In this document: piece by piece, positions 25,995 to 37,499 of the stretch | Position numbering within the stretch: position 1 is the first letter of the stretch | Layout of the letters: each line of letters starts with the position of its first letter | Source of the DNA: Trichoplax adhaerens | Taxonomy: Eukaryota; Animalia; Placozoa | DNA: 64,000 nt | Assembly: GCF_000150275.1 (NCBI RefSeq) | Contig: NW_002060943.1 | Coordinates: 8,130,066-8,194,065 of the forward strand | Reading direction: 5' to 3' | The notes under the pieces: generated by a model | Seen by the model: the letters and a program-made list of their open reading frames with translations, nothing else | Databases searched by the model: none | What the model was told of the DNA's origin: nothing | Position numbers and translations under genes: made by a program

Positions 25995-28814
25995 ATGGAT
26001 ATTAATATCATCTATAGGAAGATTGCTTTACTATCATTGATTGGATTTTGCGTTATAGCGAAATGTCAAAATCTACCTTACGTTACTAACGCCAATTATT
26101 CCCGTGAAACCAAAGCAATTCAATATGGTGACGTTGTCTTGGGTGGATTATTTTCAGTTCATTTTGAGTATACGCCATCACAACGTCGTTGTACTCATAT
26201 GAATGAACGTGGTGTTAAATGGGTACAATCGATGATTTATACAGTCGATCAGATTAATGATAATCCACATCTTTTACCCAATATCACCATAGGTTATGAT
26301 CTACGTGATACATGTAATAGTCCAAATAATGCCATCCAAGAAAGCTTGAATTTCGTAATATATTCTCATCTCGACGACAATCAAAATAGTGATTCTTTAA
26401 AATCTGTACTTTGTGATGATGAAGCGAATAATTCTATTTTCAAGCCAAAGCTTTTTTCTCACATAAAAAAAGAACAACTCGTGGAGAATAAAAGCCAATT
26501 TAGCTCAATACCAAATATGATCGGAGTAATTGGAGGTCGAAGTAGCCGTGTTTCACTGACTGTTGCCAGTTTATTGAGTAATTTTGACATAGCACAAGTT
26601 AGCTATTCATCGACAAGTCGTTTATTAAGTAATATAATTCAATATCGTTCCTTTTTTCGTACTGTGCCAACAGATGAAAATCAAGTTCAAGCAATGATTG
26701 ATATTGTTCAACATTTTAATTGGACTTACGTTGCTATCGTCGCGGTTGATGATAGCTATGGACGCTTAGCTGCCGATAGTTTCAAGAAAAGAGCAGCAGC
26801 ACTGGGCCTATGTATCGCAGTAGATCAACGCTTCCCCAATCAAAATAGCCAGCAAGCCATGCAAGATATTGTAACTGAATTAAGTCTGATACCAAGAGCT
26901 AAGGTGATTATCTTATTATGTGCTGAAAATGAAGCTGTGGATTTTCTCTATGTAGTGCAAAGGCAAAATTTAACCGGTCGGATCTTTATTGGATCCGATG
27001 CTTGGGGTGATTCGCCAAGAATAGCCACTTTACAACATGATATTGTCGAGGGAATGCTGGGTGTTGTCTTAGATGGTCATCCAGTACCTCAATTTGAAAA
27101 ATATTTAAAAACCTTAGATCTATGCAATAATAAGCGTAATCCATGGTTTAATCGATTATGGTATGAAAAAGCTCGGATGGAAAAGATACCGCCTGACCGT
27201 AATAATTGCTTAATACCATTTGAATTACTGCATAATTATACTGATACCTTTTATCAAGAAAATAGCAAAGTTGCTTATGTCATGGATGCTATTTATGCCA
27301 TTGCTTATGCTTTGCATAATATGTTACAATGTACAGCGACATCTTGCAAACCATTAAAAACCATCGACCGTAGTACATTTTTACAGTACTTACGTAATGT
27401 TACTTTTAATGCCATTTCAGTTAAAAATTTCCATTTTAGCCCTGAAGGTGATGCATTAGGCATATACCAGATTAAGAATTTACAACCTAGTTCCACTCAT
27501 TCCCGTAAACTTGAATTTAAAACGGTAGGAGAGTGGGATATGTCTCAACAATCGGGTTTAGAATTACGAATTCAAACTCATAAAATTGTATGGACTGCAC
27601 AGCATCCAGATCAAGTTCCGATATCACGTTGTAGTGATGATTGCTTACCTGGGACATTTCGAAAATTTAGCAGTGTTATCTCATGTTGTTGGGAATGTAT
27701 TCCATGCGTACGCAATGCAATCTCCAATTCTACTAACGCTGAATATTGTTATAATTGCTTACCTGGTCAAGTAGCCAGTAGTAACTTGTCCGAATGTATT
27801 GATAAAGCTCCTATCACCTTTCAGTGGAATGGTCCTTTATCAATTACAGTTTTTATTTTAGCTGGAATCGTTTACTTAATGATCTTAGTGACATGGATTA
27901 TTATCATGAAACATCGTCAATCGCCAGTGGTGAAAGCATCCAATACATTATTAACCAATTTTCTTCTCATCGGTATAACAGCTTGTGCTACTTCAGCGGT
28001 TGGATTTATCGCACCGATATCACTTGTATCCTGTAAGCTTGGTCTTTTTATATCTGTTATTTCACTTGTCTTTATTTTATCCACCATTATGGCTAAAACT
28101 AATCGAGTATCCAAAATATTTCAAAGTGCCTTAAGTCATTCTAAAAATTCTTCTGCATTTCTTAAAAATAGTACACAAGCATTTTTTGTTATTTGCTTGA
28201 CTAGTATCGAAATCGTTCTTACCTTTAGCTCGTTAGCGGTCGATCCGATAGAAATCAATCGCTATTTATCACATAATAATGAAGTCTATTTACAGTGTAA
28301 CACACGATACAAAATCACTTTTTACTCAACAATATCCTATCTTATTGTATTAAATATGGTTTGCCTTTATTTGGCTTTTAAAACCAGAAAATTACCTGAA
28401 AATTATAATGAAGCAAAATTTATCAGTTTTACATCCTTAATTATTACTTGTTTTTTATCAACAATTATTCCAGCTTACTTTTCTACCATTGGTTCATTTC
28501 GAGCTGGAGTAGCATCCATTGGTTTATTATGTCTATCATGCGCTATCCTTTGCTGCATGTTTTTACCAAAGGTCTATATTCTGCTATTCGAATCGAACAC
28601 AAACACCAAAGAAAATGCTATCCTAGACTTGGCCAGTTATTCATTTGGTAACGCAAATACTGCTTCATTCTCAAGTAATCGAACAGCGTACAAGAATACG
28701 GCAATAGTAGTTCCACTATTGACCAATAGCAGTCAAACTTCGTCTGGTACACTATCATCATCATCATCACTCCATATTGGTCGCAGAAGTATTAAAGTTG
28801 CAGGCTGTGATTAA
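25995..28814 (+). CDS. Class C GPCR (CaSR/mGluR-like), intronless, copy 3, closest to copy 2
   Basis: The track ORF 25971-28814 starts at TTG; the first ATG at 25995 precedes a signal peptide. Shares long identical stretches with copy 2 (NYTDTFY, QNLT.RIFIGSDAWGDSP, FHFSPEGDALG, SRCS.DCLPGT.RKFSS). Confidence 0.97.
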   Translation: MDINIIYRKIALLSLIGFCVIAKCQNLPYVTNANYSRETKAIQYGDVVLGGLFSVHFEYTPSQRRCTHMNERGVKWVQSMIYTVDQINDNPHLLPNITIGYDLRDTCNSPNNAIQESLNFVIYSHLDDNQNSDSLKSVLCDDEANNSIFKPKLFSHIKKEQLVENKSQFSSIPNMIGVIGGRSSRVSLTVASLLSNFDIAQVSYSSTSRLLSNIIQYRSFFRTVPTDENQVQAMIDIVQHFNWTYVAIVAVDDSYGRLAADSFKKRAAALGLCIAVDQRFPNQNSQQAMQDIVTELSLIPRAKVIILLCAENEAVDFLYVVQRQNLTGRIFIGSDAWGDSPRIATLQHDIVEGMLGVVLDGHPVPQFEKYLKTLDLCNNKRNPWFNRLWYEKARMEKIPPDRNNCLIPFELLHNYTDTFYQENSKVAYVMDAIYAIAYALHNMLQCTATSCKPLKTIDRSTFLQYLRNVTFNAISVKNFHFSPEGDALGIYQIKNLQPSSTHSRKLEFKTVGEWDMSQQSGLELRIQTHKIVWTAQHPDQVPISRCSDDCLPGTFRKFSSVISCCWECIPCVRNAISNSTNAEYCYNCLPGQVASSNLSECIDKAPITFQWNGPLSITVFILAGIVYLMILVTWIIIMKHRQSPVVKASNTLLTNFLLIGITACATSAVGFIAPISLVSCKLGLFISVISLVFILSTIMAKTNRVSKIFQSALSHSKNSSAFLKNSTQAFFVICLTSIEIVLTFSSLAVDPIEINRYLSHNNEVYLQCNTRYKITFYSTISYLIVLNMVCLYLAFKTRKLPENYNEAKFISFTSLIITCFLSTIIPAYFSTIGSFRAGVASIGLLCLSCAILCCMFLPKVYILLFESNTNTKENAILDLASYSFGNANTASFSSNRTAYKNTAIVVPLLTNSSQTSSGTLSSSSSLHIGRRSIKVAGCD

Positions 28815-30250
28815 ACGTGAATATTTGTTCTATTTAACGCTACTCGCCTTCTACTTAATTTCCTTATTTTACTGAATGACACGACACCAAACGATTGATT
28901 TCATTTTTGGCACATGTGTATGTGTGGAAAGTAAATTTCATACTTGGTATTAAAACTGTTAACACGAAAGAGTTCATTGTATAGTATTGCCTTCAGCATG
29001 CATTTGTTAACCTCACTAAACGTTATATAAAGAAAAAGCGTCGAGATACAGTCAATAGAGGACCTGAAGAATATGCCAGCATACATTATATTTCTACCAT
29101 ATTTAGAATTTGTATTCAGTAAATTTTGCGAACATTTATTAAATATCATTTTACGCATCTATCACTCTAATAGCATCAATTGCACTCGTATTATAGTATA
29201 TCGGATTTTATTACGAAAATGATATTTTACTAACTAGATAGCCATTTTTAGTGTTTAATTAATCCTTCATTTTTTACAAAGAATGATTAAAAATCATGAC
29301 TGGTAAAGTTACTAGCGTTAATAAAATCCGAATTTCGCACCTTTGATGATAAATAATTTTTCGTTGCATGCAGTGCATTTGTTGTTATTCCTATGAATTA
29401 GTACACGAGTATATAGTGTACTACTATGGCGAATACTTAGCTTACTTAGCCAGTAGTTTAAATATCCATGCATGAGTAGATACAGATAATTTTTAAGCAA
29501 TTTCAGCGCATCTAGTGAACAGTACATTCTTAATTGGGCCATAAGTTGAATACAAAGTGCAGTAAGACTTGCCTGCAGTAGTTGACTGTAGTATATTTCA
29601 CAAGATGTGATTAGTTCCAGTAATAGATAATAATTAATATTCATACAAAGGCCATTACTATTACTATTATTGCCTTACAAAAGATGAGTAAATGAGATAT
29701 CAGGAGAAGCAAAATAATATACGTATACAATATGGCATAATCTCAACCGCAGCATCACTTGTTTTGAGTCTCAAATATGGCAGAATTTACAGTACACGCA
29801 TGACTTTATGAAATTATATCTTCTGCCTCCGTCCGGTTTTTACTGAATATGGTCACATGTAGGGGCTATCAGTAATAGTAGTAGCTCAAATTTTTAAGAG
29901 TTATATATGATATATGCAAGGACGCTATTATTCTCATACAGAATAAAGCAACGATAAATCAAGATATAAACGAGGCATACAATTTATGCAAGTAGGATAA
30001 ATTTTATTATCAATGCAAGAAAAATCGTACTACCGTAGTAATTTTGATTTATATTACGACTGTGACAAATATATAGCAATGAACGTAAATTGTAACGTAC
30101 ATCTATACGGAGCCTTAATTTTTTAGTTTTTTAAAGCACGAGATGAGTGAATGAAAGCAGAGCATGGGCTAATACGATTACTCAAGTAGTAATTGAGCGC
30201 TCCAAAGTAGTTATAAAAAGCATCCAGTTATGTTCGTAGCCATACTTTCA

Positions 30251-32412
30251 TTACTTATCTTCATAATTTGGCTTTCTCTTTTCTACGAATGCGGTCATAC
30301 CTTCCTTACGGTCGTGCTATACCATAACACCAAATATTAGATCTTACCAATAAGAATCAGTTATACACATTACTCAAAGACTTACCACGGCAAAAGTTGA
30401 ATGGAAAATAGTTCTTTCATACTTTAGACCCTCATCTAAGCCAACGTTGAAGGCTAAAAAGTATTGTGTACGTCGAGTATAATTGAAATATGAAGCAATA
30501 GTGATGTCGAAAGTTATGATGTAGTACCATCATAAAAGAAAACTGAAAGTAAGATAAATTTAATATGTATAAAATTAATCTTTACTACGTACAGGTTTGC
30601 ACTGCTTGCTTGCACATTCTAGCAGCCATTTTAGATTGATTGGCAATTACTTCAGCAGTCTTAATAGCTTCATCTACTAGTACTTCTTTAGGAAAAACCT
30701 TGCTCACCAAACCTAGATTGAAACAATTAATGTTACAGTAAGTTAGAGTTAAGTTAAACTAGCTATCGTTACTTTGCTGAATACAATCGTATAAATATAA
30801 CTAATATTCTTAACAAGGTAACCTTTTCTTTCAGCTTCCTGCGCATCAATCGGTTTGCCAGTGAGGATCATTTCCATAGCTAATGATTTGCCTACGGCTT
30901 TGGTTAATCTTTGCGAACCGCCACCACCTGAATACATCATTCGGTTAAGATAATTTATAACTAATTGATAGACAACTTTTCGCTGGTAGAAAAGCTTCTA
31001 TTTACGGAATCCAGGGCAGACAGTATTATATTATAGAATACCTGGAATGGTTCCAATACTTATTTCTGGTTGGCCAAATTTAGCATTATCACCAGCATAA
31101 AGGATATCACAAGACATTGCAATTTCGCAACCTCCGCCCAACTATTGCATAGGTAATTGGATATTAGTTGTTGATCAGCTCCAGAACAAGTATTTACAAG
31201 GCATAATTATAATACCTTTTATTACTATAATAAAAGCAACTTACTGCGTAACCATTAATAGCGGCGATAATTGGAGTTTTGGTTCTATGAACAAATTCCC
31301 AGTTCGCGAGAAAATCAGATTTATAGGTATAATCATAAGTTAGGTTTTGCATTTCTTTTATGTCTGCTCCCGCTGCAAATAATATCAAGCTTATAATCTT
31401 AGACATACGATTGTGTTTCATACTAAATAAATCTACAGTATTGCTAAGTCCCCTTAGTACTTAATAGCTACTAAATATTAAAAGTTATTTAAGATTTTCT
31501 TATTTAGCGGGTTATTATGCTATAATTTATATAATATTTATCGAGTTAGGAATACACGGTATGATGTTATTCGATTGGATAATATAAATATTGTATAGTT
31601 GCTTTTAGTTCCTCTAATTATACCATTGATATTTCGTAAAGCTCGAGTTAAGATCTGTATAAAGATTACTGCTAGTCGATTTGGTAATAATATAAGTATT
31701 GTAGATTTGTTTTTAATTTCCATAACTACTATTGATACAAAGTAAAGCTAAAATAGCAAAGGCACTCCACGATTGTATAGCACAATGCTAAAGACAAAGT
31801 TAATTTCATAAATTTTCTAAAGTCATATAATAGAGATTTGACAGCTATAATGATACAAGCGTATTTGTTTGAAAGTTGTTCATATAACGAGATATAGTCA
31901 ACAATCCAGTCATCGGATGTGGTTGTCGCTTTTTACCTGCGAAGGCCTTCTCAGAGCCGGTAAGAACGATACAGCCTATATCCGGATTCTTATCAAATGA
32001 TGCGAGCGCATGAGTTAATTCCGCTATCAAAGAAGCGCATAAGGCATTTAGTGCCTTGGGGCGATGTAGTCGGACAAGAGCGACATTTTGTCGTTTTCCT
32101 TTATATTCAACAATAATTTCCTTGTAATCGTTGTTTTCGGTACCTGGAATAATGTTTAGATTATTAAATGTTATTGGGAAGGTGTTGCAGAAGTTTTAAA
32201 ATCGTCTTTGCTAATCGGAGAGCAGTTTACAGACAGTCGGTAATGCGATTTTTAAGTACGAATTCAAAAATATAGTAGATTGTTATCTAACCTGCAGTTG
32301 AGTAGAATATCTTGCCGTGACCTGCTAATGAATACTTTGACAGTTGCGATGCAACAGGTCTATAACTGCGAGGCAATATTGATCTCGTAGCGATGGAGAA
32401 GATTCGAGACAT
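30251..32412 (-). CDS. ECHS1: Mitochondrial short-chain enoyl-CoA hydratase, 8 coding exons
   Basis: Exons about 32412-32292 (Arg/Ser-rich targeting peptide), 32143-31937 ([10 protein letters not shown]...LTGSEKAFA), 31372-31245 (AGADIKEM...AAINGYA), 31141-31042 ([12 protein letters not shown]...FGQPEI), 30927-30823, 30712-30593, 30452-30386 and 30316-30251 ([14 protein letters not shown], stop). Crotonase catalytic motifs are intact. Confidence 0.96.
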
Positions 32413-33249
32413 CTGTAAGTAGTAATCATAATAAGCGCATACAAAGGAGTTCGACAAAAATGCGGCTAAAACAAGTAATCTAACTAGTTATTCTTATGAC
32501 TATCCAAGTATCGTTTCTGTCTTGTAGTCTCTTTTTAATGTGTTCTGAAATGACTAGATATCAAGATAGCGCATAAGTCTATAGCAATGTTTTCGTCTTT
32601 AAATCTACGGTACTTCCGCAGAGGTTCAGCGTACGAATGGGAAGCCTGTAAGGGTATTTTGTGACCTCACTGAGGTATCAAATTTAAGTAAAGGCTGATA
32701 CAAAGAGCATTTTCGTTGATATTATAATAAAAATAATGAACTGATTGCAGCAAGATTTAATGATCCGATTTAACATCATTCTCGTACTATTTCTTCAATA
32801 ATATAATACATAATACGTTTACTAGTGTAATTAATTACTGCATATAGAAAGGCATACTTCGCAACTGTTCTCTATGATGCAGTAATTGTAAAGCGGAGAT
32901 GGGATCAACATGTTGTTCCTAGGGAGGTCGTTTATTAACATAATCGGAAGCAGTTGATATTTATCATTTGCCTAAAAATGCTTGAGAGTATTTATGCTAC
33001 TACTATGCAGAAAAGATTGCATGCTAAACTTACTTTAGAAGTCCGCAGATAGCTGGAAGCTTGCTTTTCTACTCTTCTTGGTGGATAAAAATGTTAGTCT
33101 GCAAGCAAACTGCCATAGGAACTAGCGTGCGAAATGAAATGTCGTCGCTCAAGTTATGTCTCCTGAAGAAGAGTTGAGAAATATGGCTAATATGAGACAA
33201 GGGGATGACAACATATTTTACAACAAAGCTACAGAGAGTAACAATACTT

Positions 33250-33510
33250 TGTACTGTACTGTACAGTATTGTACTATACTGTACTGTACACTATGCTATT
33301 TTGTCTTATACTGTACATTGTCAATTACTGTACTGTTTTGTACAGTTTTTACTTTTGACCAAAATAATGACACTGTACAGTGTACAGTACTGTATAGCGA
33401 CGAAATGATACTGTACGCAATAAAAAGTCATGCTATAGTGACATCATTTTTGCTAAAGATTTCCTCTGCCATCCATACTGAGACAAGTAGCAGTTCTAGT
33501 ACTGTACACT
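33250..33510. repeat. Degenerate ACTGT/TACAG pentamer array in the ECHS1/KIN17 divergent region
   Basis: gtactgtactgtacagtattgtactatactgtactgtaca ... cactgtacagtgtacagtactgta, read directly. Confidence 0.85.
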
Positions 33511-33641
33511 AATACAGCTAGTCCTTCACCAAGCATTATACTAGCCAATCATACCATGAAGTCCATCATTAATAAACTTATACTGACTATTACTAGCAAA
33601 AAAATTGTCACTATCGCTTACTTGTAGTTCTGCTTCCAGTA

Positions 33642-33790
33642 CTAGCCCTAGCCCTAACCCTAACCCTGACCCTAACCCTAACCCTAACCCTAACCCTAAC
33701 CCTAACCCTAACCCTAACCCTAATCCTTTCCCTAACCCTAACCCTAGCCCTAGCTAACCCCCTAACCCTCCGGCGGAACCCTAGCTAACC
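33642..33790. repeat. Interstitial telomeric repeat (CCCTAA)n, about 20 units
   Basis: Nine consecutive perfect CCCTAA units at 33670-33723, flanked by perfect and variant units (CCCTAG, CCCTGA, TCCTTT). Confidence 0.97.
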
Positions 33791-33991
33791 TACGTCATAG
33801 TCGTAGTGGATGTACGGCGTTACGATTTTAAAACCCTTATAATACACAGTACAGTATGAAACACCAGCAACAGTGGTGATCAAAATTGCTTTCTCGAACG
33901 TCGCATCCGGACTATTTTCATCTATTAAATACAGTATTAAAGTAAAATCTCTTATTTCAACATAAAAAGAAGCCATAAGTTATAAAGAATC

Positions 33992-36852
33992 ATGGGTAAG
34001 AATGGTGGATTTCTTACTCCTAAGGCTATTGCCAACAGAATTAAAGCTAAAGGATTACAAAAGTTACGCTGGTACTGTCAGGTCTGCCAAAAACAGTGTC
34101 GCGATGAGGTAGGAATTGCCGAATGAATAATAATTATAATAAAAGTATAGTAGTAGTTGATACTGCAGTGAATAGAAAGCAGTACAGTTAATCAGCATCA
34201 CTCCGTGCCAGAGATGATGCGATTAACTTAGTTTCTTGTTCCACGTAGAACATACATATTGATGCCCATCGTAGCTTTATATAGTCTTACCAAATATTGC
34301 TTAATCATGCCAGTTCATGGCACTTCCTGATGTCAGTCATCATTTTACGGTCTAATCAGTTTACTCACCTACACAGTATGTTTACAACGTCTCGATGGGC
34401 ATCCGATCAAGAAATCTTATGCGTATACCTTCCGTATTATACTGTACATTTATAAATTAAATGAACGTATACTATGAAAAGATTGAAATGAATATAAGAT
34501 TGTCATCCTTAATCAAGGGACATAGAAGTCCCTGCCGAATCAGACCATAATACTATGCTCGTAAATGTCGTTGGTGAATAAATGATACATTTTGTCCATG
34601 CTTATTGTATAGTATTAAACTTAATCATGAAGACTAAAACATGAAGGGGATCTAAATTTATTATAGAATGGCTTTAAATGCCACACGATGTCTGAATCAC
34701 ATCAACGTCAATTACTTTTGGTAGCAGATAATCCGGATCAATTCGTCGATGGTTACTCGAAGTAAGATTGAAGAGGAGGCGATAAACTTGTACAGATGCA
34801 AATTGACGACTACATGTATGTATATGTAACTGATACATTTATTGAATTTATTTTGACATATTATAGAGAATTTGAGGAAGATTTTATATATTTATTAAAA
34901 AGAAGATTTGGAAGTCGAAGAATTCATGCAAATGTAGTTTACCAGGAATATATTGGTGACAGACACCATGTTCACATGAATTCCACATGTGTACGTCTAG
35001 GATTTGCTAAGATTTGATTCGGATAGATTACTTCATTAATTAAATAGCAATTTACGTTATCTTAATATAAAATGGGTAGTTTAATGTGCAATTCCACTAT
35101 AACGAAAGAATTTAATATCGTCAATACTTTGGATCATATGTATAGTGGGAAACGTTGACCTCGTTTGTCAAATACTTGGGTCGTGAAGGTAAGTGTGCCG
35201 TGGATCACACAGAAAAGGGTTGGTTTGTATCCTACATCGATCGCGATCCTGAGGTTTTAGCCAGGCAAGAAGTAAGTTTCTGTATAGCGCCTTTACTGTT
35301 GTATTTTACGTAATAATGTGAACTTGTTGCGCACTTTGATGGTTCACAACATGAAATATGGGATAGATTTGTCTGTGCTCACGTTACTGTCTAAATGAAA
35401 TAAAGTGTGACATTGGCTTTATGTTCATTATATAAAAAATCTTACTTCCATAAATACAGCTTCTTAAATCCAAAGAAAAAATGGAATTGGACGATGCGGA
35501 AAGAAACGGTATAATTCCATAGAATAGTGTAGATGTTGGTGAAATATATCGATTAGCTTTGTTTTCTTTTCAATTAATAGCAAAGTATATTCAACAACAA
35601 ATCAGCAAATCTACTAAAGACGCACCTGTAGATGAGGTATTATGTTCTGTAGAAATTGTACACTGAATGCGAATTTAATAAGTTGCTATTTTATTACCAA
35701 AGCCAAAACCAACCGAACTGAAACGTGAGGGCGATACTGATAAAGGTATTACGAAGAAATAGTATGGCAAGATGTGACTGTATTATCATTGCTAATCATT
35801 ATTATTACTGTGGGAGTGCAGACTCAAACAATGACTTACAGTATTATTTTCGAAATTTTCTTTACTTAGTCCTTTTCGTAATGCCTAATTCGAGTGTCAT
35901 TTCGAAGAAGAAAAGCAGCTCGCTCGATAAATTGTCCCCATTGAGCAATATCAACACCGGGAATTCTGTACCTTCTATTAAACGGACTGGGTAAATAAAC
36001 TATTCTTACAACAGGTTATCAATTTCGATGGAATGCTTCTAATCATATATTAATCGTTAATTGCAGTGAAAAACGGAAATCTGCTTTAGAGGATATTATG
36101 GTATTAAGTAAAATTATTTCAAATTTGCATTTAAATACGTTTAAGATTACAGCATCCTTTGAAAATGATTGCAATGTAGGAAGAAGAGAAAAAAAAGTCT
36201 AAATTACATGGTTCAAATTGTTGGCTACGGAAAGGGATAATTGTAAAAATTTTAAATAAAGAATTAGGTGATAAATTTTATAAGAGAAAATGTCTGGTAA
36301 AGGTATATAATTTTGTGTATTCATGAAAAATTGGCTATCTTTTAAGGGTGATGTCTAATAGGATATTATTTTAATAGCGTGATGTTCTTCATCGTTCATC
36401 TTATACATTTAGGATGTTGTAGATCAGTATATTGGAGTTGTCGAGGTGTTAGGGTCCAGTGCTAGAGCGAAGATAGATCAGGCCGATCTCGAAACAGTAT
36501 TACCATCATATGGTTCGTTTAGATGATGTCCTCTTCATTTACGCAACCTATACTACTAACGCTAACACAGACATAATTTGTGTGAATTTCAGGACGGCAT
36601 GTTATGATACTGAAGGGAAAGTATAGAGGATTAACTGCCATATTGGAGTCTTTGGATTCCGATAAATACTGTGTCTCAATACGATTAGATGAGGTACAAC
36701 GATACTTTATCAAGAGCATGACACATTATTAACTTGTACATATAATTTATAATTAATGTTTACGATTTATTTGATATCCTTAGGGCTCTGAGAAAGGAAA
36801 AACTTTGCATAATATGGCGTATGAAGCCGTCTCGAAGATACCCGAGGCTTAA
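33992..36852 (+). CDS. KIN: DNA/RNA-binding protein KIN17, about 13 exons
   Basis: Exon 1 encodes MGKNGGFLTPKAIANRIKAKGLQKLRWYCQVCQKQCRDE, followed by NGFKCHTMSESHQRQ (C2H2), HANVVYQEYIGDRHHVHMNSTCWETL, KGWFVSYIDRDPE, KRKSALEDIM and C-terminal KOW/SH3-like exons (DQADLETVLP, KGKYRG). Stop TAA at 36850-36852. Confidence 0.96.
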
Positions 36853-37127
36853 TATCTAAATACTTTTGCTGGTCTTTGAAACTGCTGATAAAATTTGTTA
36901 TGAGTAGTGATTATTAAAGCAGCTCAGACGGAGGTAGTTTTGCCTAATTGTTTATTTTAAACTGGTAAACGTAGTTTTACGATTCTGGTTTACGATATAC
37001 GTATTAAACGACTAAAAGATTCATTGTATCATACTACCGCCTAAAGGGTATATTGAAACAGTAATTGTCGTAGCCATTCATCATTAAAATTGGATAGCGA
37101 TGTTATACTGTATATAGTGTTTTTGGA

Positions 37128-37499
37128 TCAACATTGATCCATGTTTTCATTAGATGGAGCTGAAATTTCCTCGCTGCTGTTTAAGCTAACTGTTTGAAAT
37201 TCATAATCAGTACTAGCAATTACTGACTCGTCTTGGCAGTGGTCTAAGATCAAGAATACAATGAATTCATGGATTGTGTTATTTAGGGAAATCATCTGGT
37301 TCAGTTGTGGCTATTTGTAGACGTTGTAAGTCAGTAAAGGAATATGATGCCGTTGGATAATTGATTCTCGGAAATGACAGTGTTAAGTCATGTTAGCATT
37401 GTCATGATTATGGAACAATTAAAAAAGTCCTATTACATACACATATGTCGTCGCTTTCGTTTCAGTAACATATGATAGATTAGTGGTATCAGTGTCCAT
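37128..37499 (-). CDS. Possible small orphan gene (about 80 aa, acidic, Ser/Thr-rich)
   Basis: ATG at 37499 follows an acceptor (CTGTAGTAGCAG) and gives MDTDTTNLSYVTETKATTY. An open frame of about 60 codons ends at TGA 37128. The join needs a weaker GTGTAT donor, and no homology is recognised. Confidence 0.25.

Noticed and set aside
33156-33512. ORFs 33156-33512 and 33205-33408 with Cys/Tyr-rich 'YCTVL' repeats
   Set aside because: They are translations of the ACTGT pentamer array, which lacks stops in most frames; there is no sign of a real protein.
33642-33790. Telomerase RNA gene or true chromosome end
   Set aside because: A telomerase template is about 1.5 repeats, not about 20, and intact genes flank both sides of the array.
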